This document shows positions 19,043 through 27,047 of a DNA stretch of 64,000 nt, one piece after another. Within the stretch, counting starts at the first letter, position 1. Each line of letters opens with the position of its first letter. A program made the translations under genes and the position numbers. The stretch is from Pseudomonadota bacterium (GTDB taxonomy: Bacteria; Pseudomonadota; Gammaproteobacteria; Ga0077536). The stretch lies in the NCBI GenBank assembly GCA_018668255.1, contig JABISZ010000054.1, forward strand, positions 7,780-71,779, given 5' to 3'. The notes below the pieces were generated by a model that was not told where the DNA came from, searched no databases, and saw only the letters and a program-made list of their open reading frames with translations.

Positions 19043-19097
19043 AGAAAAACACTTGTTCTAAAATAATGTTGCAACGCAATATAATATTCGATAAAGT
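19043..19097 (+). promoter_or_regulatory. Second copy of the operator-like box plus promoter of sRNA-2
   Basis: AGAAAAACACTTGTTCTAAAA 19043-19063 identical to 18872-18892; TTGCAA-17 nt-TAAAGT (19069-19097). Confidence 0.7.
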
Positions 19098-19100
19098 GCA

Positions 19101-19220
19101 TGGGTCTGAGAGAATTTGTCTTCCCCTCAATCTCTCAGACAGCCCAATTAGTAATTCGACTCCCCTCGAATCTAACTGGGATTCTCCCCCAAACCGGACC
19201 TTCATGGTCCGGTTTTTTTT
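19101..19220 (+). ncRNA. Candidate small RNA 2 with C-rich anti-SD loops
   Basis: 10-bp stem GTCTGAGAGA / TCTCTCAGAC with a CTTCCCCTC loop; TTCGA-CTCCCC-TCGAA hairpin; TTCTCCCC linker; terminator AAACCGGACC-TTCAT-GGTCCGGTTTTTTTT. Confidence 0.72.
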
Positions 19221-19280
19221 GCTTCCGCCTAAAGAGAAACTCTAAAAACGAATCGTTTTAGAAGTCATTACCTAAACTGA

Positions 19281-19808
19281 TTAATCGGCACCGCTGCGTT
19301 TTAACAACAACTCACATACCTCTCGGACTGCACCATGCCCCCCGACCCGATTACAGACGTAATCAGCATTGGCGATAATTTGAGGAAGAGCATCGTTCGG
19401 ACATGCTGAGAACCCAACTGCGAGGATGGAGGCTAGATCATTAACGTCATCCCCTACAAATGCCACTTCAGACATCTCTATATCCCATTCTTTAACAAGC
19501 CCTTCTAAAACCTGCAGTTTATCAGTGACGCCAGGGTAATAGCTTTGAATGCTAAGTTTTTCCATACGTGCGCGAGTAGGGGCATCATCCTCACCAGTCA
19601 TCACACAGATTAATACGCCTGTACTCTCCAAAAGCTGCATTCCTTTGGCGTCTCGAGTGTCAAACTTTTTTAACTCAATACCTTGAGCTCCGTAATACAT
19701 CCCACCATCAGTAAGAGTGCCATCAACGTCCACTACCAAAGCTCGAATCTTGGGTATGCGTGTCGCTGAGGATTGTGCAGCTTTTTGTTTATCAGTCATG
19801 AAATTCAC
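19281..19808 (-). CDS. KdsC-like HAD phosphatase (KDO-8-phosphate phosphatase family)
   Basis: DVDGTLTDG, FDTRD, FVGDDVND, GGHGAVREVCE. Confidence 0.9.
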   Translation of the reverse strand: MNFMTDKQKAAQSSATRIPKIRALVVDVDGTLTDGGMYYGAQGIELKKFDTRDAKGMQLLESTGVLICVMTGEDDAPTRARMEKLSIQSYYPGVTDKLQVLEGLVKEWDIEMSEVAFVGDDVNDLASILAVGFSACPNDALPQIIANADYVCNRVGGHGAVREVCELLLKRSGAD

Positions 19809-19954
19809 AGCTCACTATAAATTAACTGGTCAAGGCTAAACGCTCGCCCCAGCCGCTGCTGACTAACAAGCATTGAATAATATTGTTTTGCAGTCTAGAG
19901 TCTATCATTCAAGATAGGTTTTACGAATAACTATAGATAGCAGGAGGTTTTAGT

Positions 19955-20965
19955 ATGCAAATCATAAAGCGCCGTGAGTCTCAAAAATATGCGTTCGACA
20001 ATCGGGATGAACCTGCGTTACATGTCATAGAGGGGGAAACATTTCAGGTCGAAACAGACGATGCCCTCTCTGGAATGATCGATGATGACAGCGATGACCC
20101 GTTCATCCAAGGATTCGACGGGAAACACTTTTCAGAACTAGCACAGGCAACTCCAGGTCTATTCAACCCAGTAGTAGGGCCAATTCACATCAAAGGATGC
20201 AAAGCAGGCGATGTCCTGGCAGTACATATCGATTGGGTTGACCCTTGGAGATATGGCTTTTCTGGAATTTTACCGCGTATCGGACCGCTTGGAGACTCTC
20301 TTCGATATCCAGATTGCGCGGATGGACACGTACAAGTGATAGAGCATCTGGCTGGTCCCAGCGGATTCACGCGCGATGGCACTGCAAAATACTCAGAAAA
20401 TCTTAGCTGGCCCCTGGAACCTTTTATAGGTACTTTGGCTACCGCGCCAGAACGCGAAGTGTTCACCTCCGTTCTCGGACAAGGGCCATTCGGTGGAAAT
20501 ATTGACTGTCGAGATATATGTGCGGGACACACAATCTACCTCAATTCCTATAATGATGGGGGACTCCTTTACATAGGGGATGTTCATGGAGGACAAGGGG
20601 ATACTGAATTTACTGGCATCGCTGATGAGACTCGCTCTACGGTGCAGTTGTCGTGCACCGTCATACCCAATAAGCGGAATCCCTGCGTGAGAATAGAAAA
20701 ACCAGATAGTATCGTAGCAGTTGGCATCAATCTACCTATGGAACATGCGGTATATGATGCAACGGACAATCTAATGCAGTGGCTCGCTGATGAGTATGAC
20801 GTCCCTCCCAAAGATCTATATATCAGAATGTCATGTGATCCGGCGTTTAGAATCCGTACTTATCAAATGGTTCGGTTACAAACTATTCAGCACGTTGTAG
20901 GTGCAGAATATCCCAAGAGTCGTCTTTTTAACGCCATAGATTCTCCGACTAAAGTTAACTCATGA
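19955..20965 (+). CDS. Acetamidase/formamidase family protein
   Basis: NPVVGPIHIKG..AGDVL, PFIGT, FGGNID, GDVHGGQGDTE motifs. Confidence 0.9.
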   Translation: MQIIKRRESQKYAFDNRDEPALHVIEGETFQVETDDALSGMIDDDSDDPFIQGFDGKHFSELAQATPGLFNPVVGPIHIKGCKAGDVLAVHIDWVDPWRYGFSGILPRIGPLGDSLRYPDCADGHVQVIEHLAGPSGFTRDGTAKYSENLSWPLEPFIGTLATAPEREVFTSVLGQGPFGGNIDCRDICAGHTIYLNSYNDGGLLYIGDVHGGQGDTEFTGIADETRSTVQLSCTVIPNKRNPCVRIEKPDSIVAVGINLPMEHAVYDATDNLMQWLADEYDVPPKDLYIRMSCDPAFRIRTYQMVRLQTIQHVVGAEYPKSRLFNAIDSPTKVNS

Positions 20966-21804
20966 GAATTGGCGTTTCTCTACCTATTCGTGAGCTCAAG
21001 AACGACCTCGCTGCAATAGTAGCGTTTGCACAACTCGCAGAGGAATTAGGCTTCACTCATTTAAGAATACCAGATCAAATACTGAGGCCGAACAATCAAC
21101 ATCTTCATGAACCATTAACATTAATGGGATATCTGGCCGCCCTCACCGAGAAGATCGAACTGACCCCATCTGTAATCGTCTTGCCTTTAAGAGAGACAAT
21201 TCTCCTCGCAAAACAAACTACGGAAATCGATATATTATCAGGAGGTCGACTGAGACTTGGCATTGGAGTGGGTGGGAGTGAAGATGAGTATCAGTTCGTG
21301 GGAGAGGACTATAAAACTCGTGGAAAGAAATGCGACGAACAAATGAAACTACTAAAGGAACTGTGGTGTAAAGAAAGCGTCGAATTTATAGCCGATTGGC
21401 ACAATATTTCTAAGGCCGGAATTAACCCGCTACCTATACAACGGCCTATACCCATGTGGATCGGCGCGAAGGCATCGCCAAGACGGAGTGTCATTAATAG
21501 AATTGGTACCTTATCCGATGGGTGGTTTGTATTATGCAATCCAGAAGAATTTCCAAAACTTAACATGGAAATTAATGATATCGCCAAAAAAAGCGGTCGC
21601 GACCCAAAAGAAATTGGCACTGAAGCAGGGGTCGCAGTAGTAGGCCCACGCGAGCACGAATGGCAAGGCCGAGTGAAAGTGTGGAAAAGCAAAGGATTAT
21701 CACACCTATGCATCAGGACCCTAGGAGGAGGGCTTTCTCCAAAGCAACACCTTGAAAAGTTGCAGGAAATTTCAACCGAGCTCGAAGAAGTAAACGCTTA
21801 TTAA
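20962..21804 (+). CDS. Luciferase-like (LLM) oxidoreductase, probable F420-dependent class
   Basis: AEELGF, HEPLTLMGYLAA.T, D.LSGGRLRLGIGVG, PLPIQRPIPMWIG; ATGA overlap with the formamidase gene. Confidence 0.88.
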   Translation: MRIGVSLPIRELKNDLAAIVAFAQLAEELGFTHLRIPDQILRPNNQHLHEPLTLMGYLAALTEKIELTPSVIVLPLRETILLAKQTTEIDILSGGRLRLGIGVGGSEDEYQFVGEDYKTRGKKCDEQMKLLKELWCKESVEFIADWHNISKAGINPLPIQRPIPMWIGAKASPRRSVINRIGTLSDGWFVLCNPEEFPKLNMEINDIAKKSGRDPKEIGTEAGVAVVGPREHEWQGRVKVWKSKGLSHLCIRTLGGGLSPKQHLEKLQEISTELEEVNAY

Positions 21805-21893
21805 CTAATTTAAAGGGAAGAGATTCTTTTGGCTTCTGGTAACTGAAAAAAGCGTTAAAACGAAACAAGTTAAAAAGCCTGATCTTCTTACTA

Positions 21894-22775
21894 TTACCCT
21901 AAAAAATTCTCCACTAACTCTAAGAAAGCCGCCAATTGATCATGGTGCACCCAATGCCCCGCCCCTGAAAACCCTTTGACCGTAGCGTTAGAAAAGTACT
22001 TTGCTCTACCATCTTCCTCAGGGCTGGAAGCCCAGCTTTCTTCGCCGTAAACGAGTAAAGTAGAACAAGCTATCTGTCCCCATAAATTTTCGATTTCTTT
22101 ACTCGGCATGTCGAACGGCGGCCAAGCTCTTACGTAGTTATCGAACTTCCAAGAGTACGTGCCATCTTCATTCTGACTGGTCCCGTGCACAGTCAAGTGA
22201 TAAGCCTGCTCTGGAGACAGGTGCTTATTCTCTCCTTGCATGCGCCCGAGAGCTTCTTCTACCGAAGCATACCGTCGAGGTAATCGCCCGGCAAAACTTC
22301 TTTTTTCCTCGATCCAATCACGCAGCCTCTGGTCATAACTTTTCTTTGCTCTCTCCGCCAGCATCTTAGGAGGAAAGCCCAATCCTTCTATAGCTATTAT
22401 AGATTTTACCATGTCCGGAAACAGACCAGCATACCGAAGTGCTATGTTTCCACCCAGAGAATGAGCCAAGATCGTAACCGGCGCGAGCTGCTTTTGATGC
22501 ACGAGCTGAGCTAAATCATAAATATAACTTGCCATATCATAATGACCATCAGGAGACCAGTCACTATCTCCGTGACCTCGTAAATCAGGAGCAATAATGT
22601 GCCATTTGTGACGCAAAGACTGCGCCACCCAGTCCCAATTCCGACAGTGGTCGCGTCCACCATGAACCAAAAGCAAAGGCGGGCCATCTGGATTACCCCA
22701 GTCGACGTAGTGAAGGCGCAGCCTTTGTGAAGAATATCGATGTGAAGTTGGGCCTGGAATCAAATCTTTAGTCAA
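21894..22775 (-). CDS. Alpha/beta fold hydrolase
   Basis: VHGGRDH, DLRGHGDS, AHSLGG, AGHWVHHDQ. Confidence 0.93.
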   Translation of the reverse strand: MTKDLIPGPTSHRYSSQRLRLHYVDWGNPDGPPLLLVHGGRDHCRNWDWVAQSLRHKWHIIAPDLRGHGDSDWSPDGHYDMASYIYDLAQLVHQKQLAPVTILAHSLGGNIALRYAGLFPDMVKSIIAIEGLGFPPKMLAERAKKSYDQRLRDWIEEKRSFAGRLPRRYASVEEALGRMQGENKHLSPEQAYHLTVHGTSQNEDGTYSWKFDNYVRAWPPFDMPSKEIENLWGQIACSTLLVYGEESWASSPEEDGRAKYFSNATVKGFSGAGHWVHHDQLAAFLELVENFLG

Positions 22776-22821
22776 TTAAAAGCTCCTCTCGCATAAAACT
22801 ATGATGTTATCGAATCTGGGC

Positions 22822-23763
22822 TCATTTTTGAGCATGGCTAAGGCCAGAAACAATATTGTAAGCCATGTTTAATACAGGACAATCGAGACTCAGACGCTTG
22901 GCCTCTCTGACTAAAAACCCGAGTGTTTCGTGAACTTCTAACTGTTTTCCCGCCAGAAGATCTTGCAATGCAGATATACGATGCCCTGGAGCCTGGCGCT
23001 TGAAATCGTTTCCAATACCCATAACAACAGAAATTGCCGTCTCAAGAGAACCTTGAGTAATTGTTGCAACCGGAAATGGAGGTCTATCTAAAAGTACTAC
23101 CCCGCTCTTATCAGCAACACGTCCAGACTCACGCATAATCTCTGCCCCAAGCTTTGCAAAAAAAGGATTGCTCAGGCTATCTCCTGTGTCTAGCCGCGAA
23201 ATAACAGCTACTGTCAATAACGCTACCCATCCCACAAATTTAGACCACTCTTCGTTGTAGATATCGTCACTTAACTTAGTGGTAATGCCGGCGGCATCGA
23301 TAACAGAAACTAGAGAGCCTACTTCGGGCCAATCACCACCCAAGTGCAAAGCAACGTTCCGGGTGAACACAGCTGTTCCATCCGCATCAAGCTCTCCGCT
23401 AAAATTAGCCATGCATCCTAGGACTTCGTCATAACGCGATTCTAATAACCGTGTTTTTTCTACTCCATTTGCAAGCGAGAAAACGACATCTGCTTGGGAG
23501 CCAGCACAATCTTCCAACGCCTCAGCCATATGGTAAGTTTTCACCGCATAGATGAGAATACCATCTTTGGATGGCTCATTTATTGTAAGTCCTTTTTCAA
23601 CGCCTAGCGCCAACGATACTAAGCCTCTGACCTTAAGACCATGTGCCTGCACTTGCTCTAATCGTCGACCTCGTACTCTCACATTTACAGTATGCCCCGC
23701 TTCAAGCAGGTGAGCTGCTAAAATAGTCCCTAATGCTCCACATCCGACGATAGTAAACCGCAT
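22822..23763 (-). CDS. Ketopantoate reductase (ApbA/PanE) family protein
   Basis: GCGALG Rossmann motif, AVKTY, NGV, WSKF, SALQDL..GKQLE. Confidence 0.85.
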   Translation of the reverse strand: MRFTIVGCGALGTILAAHLLEAGHTVNVRVRGRRLEQVQAHGLKVRGLVSLALGVEKGLTINEPSKDGILIYAVKTYHMAEALEDCAGSQADVVFSLANGVEKTRLLESRYDEVLGCMANFSGELDADGTAVFTRNVALHLGGDWPEVGSLVSVIDAAGITTKLSDDIYNEEWSKFVGWVALLTVAVISRLDTGDSLSNPFFAKLGAEIMRESGRVADKSGVVLLDRPPFPVATITQGSLETAISVVMGIGNDFKRQAPGHRISALQDLLAGKQLEVHETLGFLVREAKRLSLDCPVLNMAYNIVSGLSHAQK

Positions 23764-23877
23764 ATACCCTCTTTCAAAATCACCCCAACATAAGTGGTAT
23801 TCTACACAAGAAATAATTTTATTTTCTTAATCTACCAGTATGCCGATACAATCAGTAAGGTAAAAAAGGGAAACAAT

Positions 23878-25110
23878 ATGCGATGTGAAGTAGTGGCCAT
23901 AGGGACAGAGCTCTTGTTGGGCCAGATCATTGACACCAACTCTTCTTGGATTGGGGAGCAACTGACCCAAATTGGAGTTGATTCTCTTTACCAAACAAAA
24001 GTTGGCGACAACCATAGTAGAATCATAGCGACTATAAAAACTGCTCTTGAAAGAAGTGATGCTGTCATATGCTGCGGCGGCTTAGGTCCTACGCAAGATG
24101 ACATCACTCGTGAAGCAATTGCTGAGATTATGGATGTCAAACTAATTTTTGATTCTTCTATAGCTGAAACCATAAAAAAAATGTTTGTCTCTCGCGGGCG
24201 CTCAATGCCCGACAATAACTTAAAGCAAGCAGAAATTCCTGAAGGTGCCTCCCCAATTCCTAAACAGCCTGGAACTGCGCCAGGATTAATATGCCCTATA
24301 GGTCAGAAAGTTCTTTATGCCGTTCCTGGCGTTCCCTATGAAATGCATCAAATGATGAAGACGGCAATTCTTCCCGACCTTATTGCGCGTGCTGGTCATA
24401 AGGCTATTATCAAAAGTAGAGTATTAAAAACGTGGGGATACAGTGAAAGCAGGCTAGCCGAGATCCTAGAAAACAGAATATCGGAACTAGACGAAGTAGG
24501 GAATCCTACGATTGCTTTTCTAGCTAGCGGTATAGAAGGCCTCAAAGTCCGGATTACGGCTAAAGGTAATACTCAAGCTGAGGCAGAAGAACTGATAGAA
24601 AAAGAAGAAGAGAATGTGAAACAGCTTTTGGGGAGCTCAATATTTGCAACTGACAATGGGACTATGGAATCAACTATCATTAGCTTACTCAAAAAATCTG
24701 GACTGACATTGTCATTGGTCGAAGTAACCAGCGGTGGAATTGCTAGTGCCCGGCTATCCGCTGCAGATCCACTTGGTGAGGTGTTCTTCGGCAGTATAGT
24801 GCCAAGATCTAGCGGCACGAGAAAACAATTACTTAATGTGCCCCAGGACATTATTGGGACCTCGGAAGGCGCCAAGCAGCTGGCAATCGCAGCAAGAGAA
24901 CTATTCAAAACAGACATTGGTCTATCCACCACTGGGGAGCATGATGTTTTAGGTGTAACAAAAAGAGGCCAAACGTATCTTGGAATTGCCAACCGAAATG
25001 AAGCTCAAGTAGAGCAAGTCAAGTTACCTGGAGACTACGAAAGGGTTCGTCAATTTAGCGTTATTAGCCTTTTAAATTCACTACGCCTAAGTGTGTCTAA
25101 AAAAGATTAA
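23878..25110 (+). CDS. cinA: CinA family protein (MoCF-like domain plus PncC-like domain)
   Basis: AIGTELLLGQIIDTN, VGDN, GGLGPTQDDITR, GTAPG, PGVPYEM; C-terminal PncC-like domain is degenerate. Confidence 0.9.
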   Translation: MRCEVVAIGTELLLGQIIDTNSSWIGEQLTQIGVDSLYQTKVGDNHSRIIATIKTALERSDAVICCGGLGPTQDDITREAIAEIMDVKLIFDSSIAETIKKMFVSRGRSMPDNNLKQAEIPEGASPIPKQPGTAPGLICPIGQKVLYAVPGVPYEMHQMMKTAILPDLIARAGHKAIIKSRVLKTWGYSESRLAEILENRISELDEVGNPTIAFLASGIEGLKVRITAKGNTQAEAEELIEKEEENVKQLLGSSIFATDNGTMESTIISLLKKSGLTLSLVEVTSGGIASARLSAADPLGEVFFGSIVPRSSGTRKQLLNVPQDIIGTSEGAKQLAIAARELFKTDIGLSTTGEHDVLGVTKRGQTYLGIANRNEAQVEQVKLPGDYERVRQFSVISLLNSLRLSVSKKD

Positions 25111-25117
25111 AGAGATT

Positions 25118-25336
25118 ATGGAAATTGAAATAAAATATTGCGGAATATGAAACTATAAACCTGAAGCGCTCCGTGTGAGGGAACAGCTGATGAGATCAGG
25201 ATGCAATGTGCAACTCATAGAAGGCACAGGTGGAGTGTTTGATATCGTGGTCGACGACCAACTGAAATTTTCCAAAAAAATAAGTGGCAACTTTCCATCA
25301 GAAAAAGAAATTTCGTCGATAATTTCGGGTTTTTAA
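25118..25336 (+). CDS. SelW/SelT/SelH (Rdx) family selenoprotein, 72 aa, Sec encoded by TGA 25148-25150
   Basis: Hand translation MEIEIKYCGI-U-NYKPEALRVREQL...LIEGTGGVFDIVVDDQLKFSKK.SGNFPSEKEI: CxxU plus G.F.I and FSK..FP Rdx motifs; absent from the ORF track. Confidence 0.9.
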
Positions 25337-25342
25337 AATCAT

Positions 25343-25606
25343 ATGTTGGTAAAAAAATGGATCCTAGAACAACTAGGATCCGAACAAATTACTTTTGAAA
25401 AAATCAGTAGCACAGTGCTTCTACAAGCCCAGAACCACAACGTAAATATTTCACTACAAGAAATCCGGACCGTTACCGAACATCTGATAAAAAATGGAAC
25501 GATAGACAGCTATCAGTACCTCGCTGAAGAAAAGTACTATGCAAAGACAATTTATGATAAATCTAATATCTACTGGTACTTTTTTAAGCTAAGCTCTAGC
25601 GAGTAG
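25343..25606 (+). CDS. Hypothetical protein
   Basis: 87-aa ORF filling the gap between the selenoprotein and amidase genes on the same strand. Confidence 0.55.
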   Translation: MLVKKWILEQLGSEQITFEKISSTVLLQAQNHNVNISLQEIRTVTEHLIKNGTIDSYQYLAEEKYYAKTIYDKSNIYWYFFKLSSSE

Positions 25607-25636
25607 TTCAAACAGTGATGAAAAGAGGACTGTTAA

Positions 25637-27040
25637 ATGGGAAACATAGATGATCTATTGCTAGAAACCATACAAACTATAGCACCGATGATCGAATCTA
25701 AAACTATCTCTCCGGTCGATCTGACCGAAGCAATGTTGAACAGGATCGAATCGGTCGATGAAAGCATCGGAAGCTATGCGCTTGTTACACCAGATCTTGC
25801 CATGGACGAAGCACGACTAGCTGAATCACAAATCATTGCTGGCAACTATCTTGGTGCACTTCATGGCGTGCCAATCGCACTAAAGGATCTTATTGACGTT
25901 GCTAACGTTCCAACTGAGTGTGCTTCGACTATCCTGCGAGGAAACATTCCACGCACAAATGCTACAGTCGTTGAAAAACTCAAATCAGCAGGAGCGGTTA
26001 CTTTAGGTAAATTAAACCTGACAGAATTTGCACTGTACGGCTACCATCCCGAGTTTACCCCACCTGCCAATCCTTGGAACCTTGAGCATTGGTCAGGTGT
26101 ATCGTCCTCAGGTTCAGGAGCCGCCACTGCTGCATCACTTTGCTACGCGAGCCTAGGAACCGATACTGGCGGTTCAATTCGTTTCCCTTCCGCCGCATGT
26201 GGTGTCGTAGGAATAAAAGCTACTTTTGGGAAAATCAGTCGACATGGTGTTTTTCCATTATCGGATACGCTGGATCACACAGGACCAATTGCTCGCTGTG
26301 TTAAGGATGCTGCGCTTATGCTAAGCATCCTCGAAGGTAGAGATCCAAAGGACCCGTCGACAAGAACAGACCCTGTAAGCGACTATTTCGGCGCAACCTG
26401 CAAAGGACTCTCCGATTTTAAAATTGGGCTGGATCCTATCTATTGCTCTAAAGGATGTGATACGGAAATGTCAGCGGCAACGTTCACCGCAGTCGACCTT
26501 CTCAAAAGCGCAGGCGCAACCATAGTTCCGCTCGACGCGCCTGAACTAGAAAATGCCGCAAGACATTGGTTAAGTATATGCTCAGTTGATGCTCTCATGA
26601 GTCACAAAAAGCTTTTCCCAGAGAGAAGGGAGGACTACGGGCCAGTCTTCAGGGCACTTTTAGAGCATGGAGAAACTGTCTCTTCAGTTGAGTATGCAGA
26701 AGCGACACGTCAACGCCAATATACTACTGCCCTCATCAATGACCTATTATCGAAAGCGGACGTCATCGTTTGTCCTGCAATGCCAACGATTGCTGGACCT
26801 CAATCCGATTACCCCCCTCAGCAAGTCGCCGCCGTCGAAGACATTGGACCATTAGTGAAATTCGCAGCACCAACAAATTTTTCTGGCCACCCAAGTATTA
26901 CGATACCTAATGGATTTAGCGCAGGTGGAATGCCTACTGGGATGCAGTTTATTGGTCGACATGGAGATGAGGCGTCCATCATTCGAGCGGCTGCCGCCTA
27001 CGAGGAACTGACGGATTGGCAAAAACACAAACCCTTATAG
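25637..27040 (+). CDS. Amidase signature family enzyme
   Basis: LHGVPIALKD (Lys), SGVSSSGS and GTDTGGSIRFP (Ser-cisSer-Lys triad). Confidence 0.95.
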   Translation: MGNIDDLLLETIQTIAPMIESKTISPVDLTEAMLNRIESVDESIGSYALVTPDLAMDEARLAESQIIAGNYLGALHGVPIALKDLIDVANVPTECASTILRGNIPRTNATVVEKLKSAGAVTLGKLNLTEFALYGYHPEFTPPANPWNLEHWSGVSSSGSGAATAASLCYASLGTDTGGSIRFPSAACGVVGIKATFGKISRHGVFPLSDTLDHTGPIARCVKDAALMLSILEGRDPKDPSTRTDPVSDYFGATCKGLSDFKIGLDPIYCSKGCDTEMSAATFTAVDLLKSAGATIVPLDAPELENAARHWLSICSVDALMSHKKLFPERREDYGPVFRALLEHGETVSSVEYAEATRQRQYTTALINDLLSKADVIVCPAMPTIAGPQSDYPPQQVAAVEDIGPLVKFAAPTNFSGHPSITIPNGFSAGGMPTGMQFIGRHGDEASIIRAAAAYEELTDWQKHKPL

Positions 27041-27047
27041 CAAGCTA

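Noticed and set aside
18872-19063. The 21-bp direct repeat as a CRISPR array or att site
   Set aside because: Only two copies 171 bp apart, no cas or integrase gene; position next to promoters fits an operator
19000-19245. ORFs of 81 aa (+) and 61 aa (-) in the track
   Set aside because: They run across promoter and terminator hairpins and show no protein motif; better explained by the sRNA units
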